In this document: positions 15,002 through 23,891 of the stretch, piece by piece
Numbering within the stretch: the first letter of the stretch is position 1
Layout of the letters: every line of letters starts with the position of its first letter
DNA from: a virus
Lineage: Duplodnaviria > Caudoviricetes
Reading direction: 5' to 3' (one strand)
IMG/VR virus record: IMGVR_UViG_3300020042_004008
Location: 1-33,551 of that record
Length of the DNA stretch: 33,551 nt
The notes under the pieces: generated by a model
Database searches by the model: none
What the model was told of the DNA's origin: nothing
Seen by the model: only the letters and a program-made list of their open reading frames with translations
Made by a program: the position numbers and the translations under genes

Positions 15002-15336
15002 GTGAAGTAAAAGGAAAACTAATCGTTAAAGGACAAACGATAGTAGTTAGTGAGAAATTTTCTAAGAGAGAATTTGTAATTGAAACGACAGACCAATTCC
15101 CACAACCTATAATTATTCAGTTGGAACAAGACAAATGCAGTTTATTAGATAGCATAAACGTAGGTGACGAGTTGAATGTATCGGTAAATATCAAAGGTCG
15201 TAAGTGGGATTCACCACAAGGAGAAACTAAATACTTTGTTAGTCTTAGTGCGTGGAAAATTGATAAGTTAGGAGTGTTCACAACAGCACCTGAGCAAAAA
15301 GGAGTGGGTAACGTAGAATCCGATCTTCCGTTTTGA
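14998..15336 (+). CDS. Single-stranded DNA-binding protein (DUF3127-like OB fold)
   Basis: KREFVIET, NIKGRKW, LSAWKI, acidic DLPF tail. Confidence 0.82.
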   Translation: MSEVKGKLIVKGQTIVVSEKFSKREFVIETTDQFPQPIIIQLEQDKCSLLDSINVGDELNVSVNIKGRKWDSPQGETKYFVSLSAWKIDKLGVFTTAPEQKGVGNVESDLPF

Positions 15337-15575
15337 CCTACCTGGAATTAATACAATATTTCAGACAACTCGGTGCAGTACGTATCGAGTTGTTTAATGA
15401 GCATAAACGTGTCTATTTTCGTCACGAATCACTACAAAGGTTAATTGATACCTACGAAAGTATTTACAACGCTCACAACGGGAAAAAGAACAGAACAACA
15501 ACAAGTGCCAAGAATAACCTAAGTAGCATAAAGTATGCGATTGATAGGGGAATGGCTAAAATGGAATCAATTTAA
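15333..15575 (+). CDS. Hypothetical protein
   Basis: 80 aa, TTGA overlap with the SSB stop. Confidence 0.55.
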   Translation: MTYLELIQYFRQLGAVRIELFNEHKRVYFRHESLQRLIDTYESIYNAHNGKKNRTTTSAKNNLSSIKYAIDRGMAKMESI

Positions 15576-15599
15576 AAAATAATTCGTATATTAGCACCC

Positions 15600-16124
15600 A
15601 TGAATGCAGAATGGCTTAAACATATTTCAATTCATCATAAGGAATGGGTAACTATTGTTAAGTCATTCGGAAGCAATGAGCCTGAAGATATAGTGCAAGA
15701 TATGTATCTCAAGATACACAAGTACGTTGAGCCTTGCAAGATAATTACGGATGGAGAAGTTAACAAGGGCTATATTTGGTTTACACTACGCAGACTATAT
15801 TTAAACGAAGTAACACGATATAAATGCGAAAGATTAATAGACATTACTTTAGTAGCAGAACAAAGCGACACAATACAAAAACAAAGTTTTGATGTTATAA
15901 TAGATAAGGTAGATAATTTAGTAAGCAAATTTAATTGGTACGATGAGAAACTATTTAACTTGTACTTTAATACAGAACTAAGTTTAAGAGATATAGCAAA
16001 AGAAACAACTATTAGCTTATCATCCATTGCTAACTCAATAAAGCAATACAAAGCAATAGTTAAAAAAGAAGTAGGAGAAGATTACGAAGATTACATCAAT
16101 AACGATTTTGAATTAATAAAATAA
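15600..16124 (+). CDS. ECF-like sigma-70 family sigma factor
   Basis: Region 2 EDIVQDMYLKI..YIWFTLRRLYLN; region 4 LSLRDIAKETTISLSSI. Confidence 0.78.
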   Translation: MNAEWLKHISIHHKEWVTIVKSFGSNEPEDIVQDMYLKIHKYVEPCKIITDGEVNKGYIWFTLRRLYLNEVTRYKCERLIDITLVAEQSDTIQKQSFDVIIDKVDNLVSKFNWYDEKLFNLYFNTELSLRDIAKETTISLSSIANSIKQYKAIVKKEVGEDYEDYINNDFELIK

Positions 16125-16126
16125 TT

Positions 16127-16522
16127 ATGGCACAAAAAAGAACAAGACGAACACCAGCACAAATGGCTGAATCTAAAAAGTCACAAGGTTTAGGAGATAC
16201 AATAGAGAAGTTCACAGAAGCAACAGGAATAAAAGCACTTGTTAAATTTATTGCTGGTGAAGACTGCGGATGCCAGGAACGAAAAGAAAAACTTAACTTA
16301 CTATTTCCTTACAGAAAACCTTTATGCTTAACAGAGGATGAATATAACTACTTAACAACATTCTTTAGTAGAGCAAACAAAAACCAAATTAAACCAACAG
16401 AACAATTAGCACTATTAAAAATTAGCAATAGAGTATTCAAAGAGAAACAAGAAGCGAGCACTTGCGTATCTTGCGTAAAGGAAATGGTTGATCGTTTAAC
16501 AAAACTACACAATGAATATTAA
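16127..16522 (+). CDS. Hypothetical Cys-containing phage protein
   Basis: GLGDTIEK..DCGC..TCVSC, four cysteines that may bind zinc. Confidence 0.7.
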   Translation: MAQKRTRRTPAQMAESKKSQGLGDTIEKFTEATGIKALVKFIAGEDCGCQERKEKLNLLFPYRKPLCLTEDEYNYLTTFFSRANKNQIKPTEQLALLKISNRVFKEKQEASTCVSCVKEMVDRLTKLHNEY

Positions 16523-16799
16523 CAATAACCAACAGCACTTACTTATATTGCTCGTAACGTCACTACTTGCAATATTATTAGTATTCCTTAACTCTTGCGA
16601 GAAAGAGCCAGCACAGAAGACAGAATGCAGTTGCTACGAAGTACACGAGTATAAAGATTACAACGCACAACAAGAGCAAGTAATGTGGATGAGTGACTAC
16701 AACACAACACCGCAAGCAGATTTATGTTCTAAGGATAACGGACAATGGATTTATACAGGTAGTGTATCACAATTCAGATATAAAACTATTTGTAAGTGA
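16512..16799 (+). CDS. Putative lipoprotein
   Basis: Hydrophobic signal ending in lipobox FLNS-C; additional paired cysteines. Confidence 0.65.
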   Translation: MNINNNQQHLLILLVTSLLAILLVFLNSCEKEPAQKTECSCYEVHEYKDYNAQQEQVMWMSDYNTTPQADLCSKDNGQWIYTGSVSQFRYKTICK

Positions 16800-16996
16800 A
16801 AGAGTATTTATTAAATAAAATAGCAGAGCAAGTAGTTAAAAATAAAGATGAAGATTTCATACTTACTAATATTGAGGTAGGGAATGATTACAAAGATATT
16901 TTAGAAAACTACGAAGGCATTGCAGTAATATTTAATAGCGAGTTAAAAGACAATGAGCATAGGCTTACATTTAAACATAAAACAATATGCAAATGA
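16796..16996 (+). CDS. Hypothetical protein ending in a duplicated KTICK tail
   Basis: GTGA overlap; C-terminus matches that of the upstream lipoprotein. Confidence 0.6.
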   Translation: MKEYLLNKIAEQVVKNKDEDFILTNIEVGNDYKDILENYEGIAVIFNSELKDNEHRLTFKHKTICK

Positions 16997-17091
16997 CAAT
17001 ATTCGAGTACACTTATATTTTTAGAACAAAGTATGTAAGTTACATGAGTATAGTAATATGCAATAATTAAATAGTTAGATTCTATTTGAAT

Positions 17092-17388
17092 ATGGAAGAT
17101 AAAAGAAAAAATAACGGAAACAAAGGACATTCTACCAAAGCAAAGGGAGTTGATAAAAGAATGAATCCATACAGAGATGTTATAAACGATGAGATAACAC
17201 CTGAAGACCTAAAAAGTGTTTTAAGAATGTTAGTAGATAAAGCAAAAGTTAACAAAGATGTTAAGGCTGCACAACTATTAATGGAATACACAATAGTTAA
17301 ACCTAAACAAGAAATTGATATTACAACGGATGGTGAAGGTTTAGGATTCTACTTAAAAGATATTTTAGGTTTTGGTAAATCTAAATGA
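17092..17388 (+). CDS. terS: Putative terminase small subunit
   Basis: DKRKNNG N-terminus, AAQLLMEY..KPKQEIDITT C-terminus, overlaps terL. Confidence 0.6.
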   Translation: MEDKRKNNGNKGHSTKAKGVDKRMNPYRDVINDEITPEDLKSVLRMLVDKAKVNKDVKAAQLLMEYTIVKPKQEIDITTDGEGLGFYLKDILGFGKSK

Positions 17389-18577
17389 TAAATATAAATT
17401 ACTTGGTTCTGATAGTAGGTACTTTATTGTAACAGGCGGTAGGGGTTCGGGTAAATCGTATTCTGTAAACTCTATTATTCTAATGCTTACTTATGAAGTA
17501 GGGCACGTAATATTATTTACACGTTATACACTTACATCTGCTCACATTTCTATTATACCTGAGTTTATAGAAAAGATTGAACTTATTAATAGGTATGAAG
17601 ACTTCTACATAACAAAGGATGAGATAGTAAATATTAAAACAGGTAGTAAAATAATATTTAAGGGTATTAAAACAAGTAGCGGAACACAAACAGCAAACTT
17701 AAAATCTTTGCAAGGTGTTACAACCTGGATATTGGATGAAGCAGAGGAGTTGACGGATGAGGACACATTCGATAAAATTGATTTATCTATACGTCATAAG
17801 TTAAAACAAAATAGGGTAATACTTATTTTAAACCCAGCAACAAAAGAGCATTTTATCTACCAACGTTTCTTTGAATCAAAAGGTATTCAAGCTGGAACAA
17901 ATATAGTTAAGGGAGATACAACGTACATCCATACAACGTACTTAGATAACCTTGAAAACTTAAGTGAATCCTACTTAGGGCAAATCAACGATATTAAACA
18001 ACGCAGACCAACCAAGTATGAACATCAAATCTTAGGGGGGTGGTTAGATAAAGCAGAGGGTGTAATATATTCTAATTGGAGCATAGGTGAGTTCCAATAT
18101 CCAAGTATTTCAGTATTCGGTCAAGATTTCGGATTCTCAAACGATCCTACAACTTTGATTGAAACGAACATAGATAAAGACAATAAGAAAATCTACATTA
18201 AGCAGCATATTTACAGAACACATTTAACATCAAGCAATATTGCAGAGTTAGATAAGCAGTTTGCAAAGGATGGTTTAATAATTGCCGATTCTGCTGATCC
18301 ACGATTAATTAACGAAATTAAAAGCAAGGGTGTAAATATTGAGCCAACCATAAAAGGTGCTGGAAGTATTACCTATGGTATTGCTTTACTACAAGATTAC
18401 GACTTAGTAATAGATGCAGAAAGTACAGATGTAATAAAAGAACTTAATAACTATTGCTGGCTTGAAAAAAAGAGTGAAACACCAATAGACAACTACAACC
18501 ACGCATTGGATGCTATACGTTATGCAGTATCATATCAGTTAGACAATCCTACTAAAGGGCAATACTTTGTTTACTAA
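17372..18577 (+). CDS. terL: Terminase large subunit (PBSX-like)
   Basis: Walker A GGRGSGKS, Walker B WILDEAEE, LNP, nuclease DFG/DSA/NHALDA. Confidence 0.95.
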   Translation: MVNLNDKYKLLGSDSRYFIVTGGRGSGKSYSVNSIILMLTYEVGHVILFTRYTLTSAHISIIPEFIEKIELINRYEDFYITKDEIVNIKTGSKIIFKGIKTSSGTQTANLKSLQGVTTWILDEAEELTDEDTFDKIDLSIRHKLKQNRVILILNPATKEHFIYQRFFESKGIQAGTNIVKGDTTYIHTTYLDNLENLSESYLGQINDIKQRRPTKYEHQILGGWLDKAEGVIYSNWSIGEFQYPSISVFGQDFGFSNDPTTLIETNIDKDNKKIYIKQHIYRTHLTSSNIAELDKQFAKDGLIIADSADPRLINEIKSKGVNIEPTIKGAGSITYGIALLQDYDLVIDAESTDVIKELNNYCWLEKKSETPIDNYNHALDAIRYAVSYQLDNPTKGQYFVY

Positions 18578-18578
18578 C

Positions 18579-18606
18579 TACAATTTAAAACAAAAAGGTT
18601 ATAATA
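18579..18606 (+). promoter_or_regulatory. Putative late promoter (TACAA-N13-GGTTATAATA)
   Basis: Motif recurs at 25862, 29131 and 31408 before structural genes. Confidence 0.6.
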
Positions 18607-18608
18607 AT

Positions 18609-19322
18609 ATGAAGCTTGAATTAGTAATACCAACATCACTTAGTGAGATTCCATTAAAATCTTACCAAAAGTTTATTTCAATAGCTGAGAATAGCAACGA
18701 TGATGAATTTGTAGCGCAAAAGATGATAGAAACATTCTGCGGTATAGAGTTAAAAGATATTGTTAAGATGAAGTATTCAGATGTTGTGGACCTGGTCCAG
18801 CACTTTGAGAATATGTTTACAACTAAAACGCCATTTGTCCAACGATTCAAGATTAAAGACGTAGAGTTTGGATTCATTCCTGAATTAGAGAATATTTCTT
18901 TAGGGGAGTTTGTGGATTTAGAATCTAATCTATTCGACAAAAAAGCATTGAATAAAGCAATGGCAGTAATGTACAGACCTATCACAACAAAGTACAAAGA
19001 TAAGTACAACATTGAGCCTTACGAAACATCTGCAAAGTATGATGAAGTAATGAATTTTGCACCATTGAATGTTGTTTTAGGCGCAAAGGTTTTTTTTTGG
19101 AATTTAAGAAGGGAATTAGTGAATCTTATCCCGACTTATTTGGAGAATCAAGCGAAGGAGATGAGTACACAGCAGAAGCACAATTTGCTAAACGATGGGG
19201 ATGGTATCAGTCAATCTATGCACTCGCTAAAGGAGATATTAGAAACTTTGATGCAGTCACAGAGTTATCACTTAGAAAGTGCCTTACCTACCTTGCATTT
19301 GAAAAGCATAAAACAGAAATAG
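18609..19322 (+). CDS. Putative tail assembly chaperone (0-frame product)
   Basis: Start ATG 18609 (MKLELVIP); contains a T9 slippery run at 19090-19098. Confidence 0.65.
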   Translation: MKLELVIPTSLSEIPLKSYQKFISIAENSNDDEFVAQKMIETFCGIELKDIVKMKYSDVVDLVQHFENMFTTKTPFVQRFKIKDVEFGFIPELENISLGEFVDLESNLFDKKALNKAMAVMYRPITTKYKDKYNIEPYETSAKYDEVMNFAPLNVVLGAKVFFWNLRRELVNLIPTYLENQAKEMSTQQKHNLLNDGDGISQSMHSLKEILETLMQSQSYHLESALPTLHLKSIKQK

Positions 19323-19345
19323 AAATTAGTAAATTTAAGAAATGA
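19097..19345 (+). CDS. -1 frameshift extension of the tail assembly chaperone
   Basis: The -1 frame ORF opens exactly at the T-run and ends coupled (ATGA) to the next gene. Confidence 0.7.
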   Translation: MEFKKGISESYPDLFGESSEGDEYTAEAQFAKRWGWYQSIYALAKGDIRNFDAVTELSLRKCLTYLAFEKHKTEIEISKFKK

Positions 19346-19800
19346 CAACAGCATTTTACAATATTATAGACAGCCTTAGAACACACTTTCAAAACGATCC
19401 ATTAGTAAATGAGATTTCGGAAGGAGGTATGCACAAGATAGATTTAAACAAGCAGACTATATTTCCATTAGTACACATAATGGTTAATTCTGTAACGTTT
19501 GAAGGAAGCACAATACTTTACAACGTATCTATTATTGCAATGGGTATAGTTGATTATTCCAAAGTAGAAACAGTTGATAAGTTCAAAGGCAACGATAATA
19601 CGCAAGATGTATTAAATACTACTTTAGCAATATTAAACAGATGCTATAAGCAAGCACAAAGTGGTAGTTTATTTGACGATATGATTCAGGTGGTAGGTTC
19701 TGCAAGTAATGAGCCATTTGAGGAACGTTTTGAAAACAATTTAGCTGGATGGACAATGACATTTGATTTACAAACCCCTAATGAGATGACTATCTGCTAA
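19342..19800 (+). CDS. Putative tail terminator / completion protein
   Basis: 152 aa, FPLVHI and AGWTMTFDL beta motifs; position. Confidence 0.55.
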   Translation: MTTAFYNIIDSLRTHFQNDPLVNEISEGGMHKIDLNKQTIFPLVHIMVNSVTFEGSTILYNVSIIAMGIVDYSKVETVDKFKGNDNTQDVLNTTLAILNRCYKQAQSGSLFDDMIQVVGSASNEPFEERFENNLAGWTMTFDLQTPNEMTIC

Positions 19801-20327
19801 TGGCTGATGAATACCAAATAGCATTAAATGAGTTTAGAGATTACGTAATAAGTCAGTCACGTAGTAACTTAACACGTCAAAGAAAAAACGTTGATAGAAA
19901 ACTCTACAATAGTTTAAAAGGTAGTGCAAGACAATTACCTAACTCAGTAGAGATATTTTTTAGTATGGAGGAATACGGAGAATATCAAGACAAAGGTATT
20001 AAAGGTAAAAAGAGCCAAGCTAAAGCACCAAATAGTCCTTTTAAGTTTGGTAGTGGCACAGGTAGAAAAGGAGGTCTTACAGAAGGAATAAACCAATGGG
20101 TAAAGAAACGCAGAATACAATTTAAGAACAGAGATAATGGTCAGTTTATGAGTTACGATTCAACTGCGTGGTTAATCACAAGGTCAATATACAACAAAGG
20201 AATTAAACCAAGTTTATTTTTTACCAAACCATTCGAGAAAGCATTTAAAAATTTACCTACTGATTTAGTACAGAAATACGCTTTAGATGTAGAGAAACAA
20301 TTTATTGATATAATTAAACAACCATGA
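19800..20327 (+). CDS. Putative neck / tail completion protein (HK97 gp10-like)
   Basis: Basic; YGEYQDKG and GIKPSLFFTKPF motifs. Confidence 0.55.
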   Translation: MADEYQIALNEFRDYVISQSRSNLTRQRKNVDRKLYNSLKGSARQLPNSVEIFFSMEEYGEYQDKGIKGKKSQAKAPNSPFKFGSGTGRKGGLTEGINQWVKKRRIQFKNRDNGQFMSYDSTAWLITRSIYNKGIKPSLFFTKPFEKAFKNLPTDLVQKYALDVEKQFIDIIKQP

Positions 20328-21391
20328 GTAACATATTTACACGCAGTCCATTTATAATTGAGATAGACGAAGTAGGACAAACAGAAAGTAAGGTAGAGAT
20401 ATTTATTTGGAATACAGGTTCACAGCCAGCACAACCACAATATGTACTTACCAAACCTATTCCAGCAAGCAACAACACGCAAACAACGTACAATGTTAGT
20501 CCATTAATACGTGAATATATTACATTTCCAACACGACAAAACCCTTACAGTTTGGTTACTGCTTCTATTGAGCCAACACAAAGAGCAAACGTAGTAATAA
20601 AGACTTATAAATTTACAGGAACTTACACACTTTTAGATACATTAACTTATACTGCTTTTGATGGATATGGATATTACAACGATGGTTATAATTACGATTT
20701 AGGAGATTATCATTTAGATTCAGGAACATATTATTATTATTTAGCTGAAAATTCTAATCCAAGCACAAACACAAATGAAAGGGCTGGATTTATTCGTTTG
20801 TATATTAACTCAGGTGATTACAGAAGATATACAGAATTAAGCACAGGTTTACAAACAACTGCAAGTTTAATAAGTGGTGCATTTAATGAGATAGTAAGAG
20901 TAGCACCAAACTATTACGACAATGGTAATTTATTAGAAATATTTGATTCAGGTAACAACTTGTTATTCTCCTGGATATTTAAACCTATTGAGGAGTGTAA
21001 ATATGAAACAGTAGTATGCGATTTCGTAAATAAGTACGGAGCATGGCAAAGAGAGTGGTTTTTTAAAGCAAGCCAAGACACACTAAACGTTGAAAGTATT
21101 GATTACAACCTAATGCAAGAAGATTTAGTTAACTATGATGTGTTAGAAGGGCAAAGAAAATCATTTAACACCAATGGTAAAGAACAGATAAAAGTTAATA
21201 GCGGTTGGGTGTCGCAAGATTGGAACGAAACATTAAGGCAATTGATGCTTAGTGAGCGTATTTTGATAAACGATAAACCAGCAAAACTTAACACTAAAAG
21301 TCAAGAGTTACTAAAACACATAAACAAAAGTTTAATTAATTATACTTTAGACTTTGAATTTGCTTACGATACAATTAACTCTGTTATTTAA
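20324..21391 (+). CDS. Virion structural protein (distal tail-like)
   Basis: 355 aa, beta-rich, FVNKYGAW..F motif. Confidence 0.6.
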   Translation: MSNIFTRSPFIIEIDEVGQTESKVEIFIWNTGSQPAQPQYVLTKPIPASNNTQTTYNVSPLIREYITFPTRQNPYSLVTASIEPTQRANVVIKTYKFTGTYTLLDTLTYTAFDGYGYYNDGYNYDLGDYHLDSGTYYYYLAENSNPSTNTNERAGFIRLYINSGDYRRYTELSTGLQTTASLISGAFNEIVRVAPNYYDNGNLLEIFDSGNNLLFSWIFKPIEECKYETVVCDFVNKYGAWQREWFFKASQDTLNVESIDYNLMQEDLVNYDVLEGQRKSFNTNGKEQIKVNSGWVSQDWNETLRQLMLSERILINDKPAKLNTKSQELLKHINKSLINYTLDFEFAYDTINSVI

Positions 21392-23730
21392 TGAAAAGAA
21401 GTGTACAAATATACATTGAGGGGCAAAGGATAGAGTTATTCAATGATGAAAAGATTGAGGTAAATTCTACAATCCAAAACATCAGCGACATTTCCAAAGT
21501 GTTTACGGATTTTTCACAGTCTTTTAATGTTCCGGCTTCACCACATAACAACAGAATATTTACACACTTTTATAACAACGATGTAGATGGTACATTTGAT
21601 TATAGAGTAAGGCATGATGCAAAGATTGAAATAGACTTACTGCAATTTAGAAGCGGTAAGATTCAGTTGGAAAATGCAAAGTTAAAAAACGGAGCAGTAG
21701 AAAGCTATCAAATTACATTTTATGGTGATGTTAGAACACTTAAAGATTTATTCGGCAACGACAAACTTAGTATCTTAGATTATTCAGCATACGAACACGA
21801 ATATACAGGAGCAGAAGTACAAGCGAGAATTGAGGATGGTAGCACAGATTATGATGTACGTTATCCATTAATCACATCTACAAGATTATGGAGTTATGGT
21901 GATGCAACAAGCACAGACATTTCAACCAATGCTGGAAGTGTTAACTATTACGATTTATTCCCAGCGTTAAAAGTTGCAAGGATATTCGATGAGATACAGA
22001 ATTTTTATGGTGTGACATTCGAGGGTGCATTTTTAGAAAGTGAACGTTTTGAAAAGGTTTATTTATATTTAAAGAATCGAGAATTACCAAATACCAATAC
22101 AGAAACACAAGTAGTATATATTGTAAGTTCCACAGGTGGAGGTTTTGACACTACGGATAACTTTTTAGAGATTGCTTACTTTGTACCTGAGTTATTAAAT
22201 CCAATCGGGCAACATAGAATAACAATACAAGTAACAAATTTATCTATACCAGCAGCAACATATTACATAGACACTATTTCGGGAGGTCAAGTTATAAATA
22301 CAGTTGTAGGCACAGGAAATACAACGTATAGTAATGTTGTTACATTTGATAACGTAAGTGGATTGCAGCAGTTGTTAGATTGGAGGGTTCGTGCTTCACA
22401 GCAAGTAGATATTAGAGTAAATATATTTTATTCTATAAGTTCGTTTGGAGATGATGGTTTTGGTGGTATTCAGAATAATATTACTACATACGTAGGAAAC
22501 GGAGCATTACAAAGTTTAGAAACAAATGTAAACCTACAAAACGCAGTTCCCGATATGTTGGTAAGTGATTTCTTTACAGGAGTGCTAAAGGAATTTAATT
22601 GTACTTGCTATGGTATAGAAGATTTAACGTATCAGATTGAGCCATTAGATGATTGGTATGGTAAAGGTGCAGTAGTAGATATTACGACATTCACAGACGT
22701 TACAGATATTCAAGTAGAAAGAATTAAGCTATACAAAAAAATAGAGTTTAAGCATCAGCAATCAGAATCATTTTTAAATAGAGAATTTTTTGATTTATTC
22801 GGTAGAGAATACGGAAGTTTAAACCAAGTATTCCCTTACGATGGTGGTGAGTATGTTGTAGATGTACCATTTGAGAATTTGTTAATGCAGAAGTTTACCG
22901 GAACAGATTTACAGGTAGGTTATTGTATGACTAAAGCACCTGATTTTAAACCATACATTCCTAAACCTGTATTACTTTATCAGTACGATGAAACAGATTG
23001 TACGTTTAAATTTCAAACAGGATTTGGTAATGTTACAGTAAGTACTTATGTACCATTTGGACAAGATGCGTTAATTGATACGCAAAACTATTCATTAAAT
23101 TGGGGTAGTGATAATTCAAGTTTATTAGATGTTCCTATTACAAACTCACTTTACGCAACATATTATTTCGGATATATAAATAACTTATTCAATCAAAAGA
23201 ATAGGCTAACAACTGTAAAAACTATTTTACCTATTTCGTTACTTACATCACTAAGGTTAAATGATCGTTTAGTTATTCGGGATAAGCGTTACATTATTAA
23301 CGAGATGAAGTCAAGCCTTACGGATGGAGAAACAACATTCACTTTAATAAATGACTTTAGACCAATAGTATCGAATACTTCTACAACAGATTACAGAAGT
23401 AATTGTATTCAAGTTCCTATATTAATAAATAGACAACTGAGGGCTGGCTTAATTCAAAGGGCTTTAAGTGTAGAGGTTACGTCTTCTGATGCTGGTGTTA
23501 CAATAACTCCAAGTGTATTTACAAGGGATGGCATAGCAGTAGTTTGTGTGCCCGCGAATCCTGAAAGAGTTTACCAACGTATCACAGAAGATGGTAATAT
23601 AAGAATTACAGAAGATGGATTTATACGCAGAACTGAGGAAGGTGAAAATGTTTACTTTACTTTAGATTTAGAGTACACATGGTTTAACGGAACAACACAA
23701 ACAACACAACTAATAATACAAAACCCATGA
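21391..23730 (+). CDS. Large tail tip / baseplate hub protein
   Basis: 779 aa, FSQSFNVPAS..N N-terminal motif, C-terminal RITEDG repeats. Confidence 0.65.
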   Translation: MKRSVQIYIEGQRIELFNDEKIEVNSTIQNISDISKVFTDFSQSFNVPASPHNNRIFTHFYNNDVDGTFDYRVRHDAKIEIDLLQFRSGKIQLENAKLKNGAVESYQITFYGDVRTLKDLFGNDKLSILDYSAYEHEYTGAEVQARIEDGSTDYDVRYPLITSTRLWSYGDATSTDISTNAGSVNYYDLFPALKVARIFDEIQNFYGVTFEGAFLESERFEKVYLYLKNRELPNTNTETQVVYIVSSTGGGFDTTDNFLEIAYFVPELLNPIGQHRITIQVTNLSIPAATYYIDTISGGQVINTVVGTGNTTYSNVVTFDNVSGLQQLLDWRVRASQQVDIRVNIFYSISSFGDDGFGGIQNNITTYVGNGALQSLETNVNLQNAVPDMLVSDFFTGVLKEFNCTCYGIEDLTYQIEPLDDWYGKGAVVDITTFTDVTDIQVERIKLYKKIEFKHQQSESFLNREFFDLFGREYGSLNQVFPYDGGEYVVDVPFENLLMQKFTGTDLQVGYCMTKAPDFKPYIPKPVLLYQYDETDCTFKFQTGFGNVTVSTYVPFGQDALIDTQNYSLNWGSDNSSLLDVPITNSLYATYYFGYINNLFNQKNRLTTVKTILPISLLTSLRLNDRLVIRDKRYIINEMKSSLTDGETTFTLINDFRPIVSNTSTTDYRSNCIQVPILINRQLRAGLIQRALSVEVTSSDAGVTITPSVFTRDGIAVVCVPANPERVYQRITEDGNIRITEDGFIRRTEEGENVYFTLDLEYTWFNGTTQTTQLIIQNP

Positions 23731-23891
23731 TAAAAGATATTTTAGATTTATTAAAGTTAGATGATTGGTACGGACAATCTGAGGTTATAGATATTGCCAA
23801 AGGAAAATATAAACATACTTTTAGTTTTACAGAAATTTACAAGCAAAAGAAACGTGAGGTTTTACTTAGAAAAAAATTAAACAATGGCTGA
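23727..23891 (+). CDS. Hypothetical protein (54 aa, MIKDILDLL...EVIDIAKGKY)
   Basis: Not in the ORF track; overlaps both neighbours. Confidence 0.65.
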   Translation: MIKDILDLLKLDDWYGQSEVIDIAKGKYKHTFSFTEIYKQKKREVLLRKKLNNG

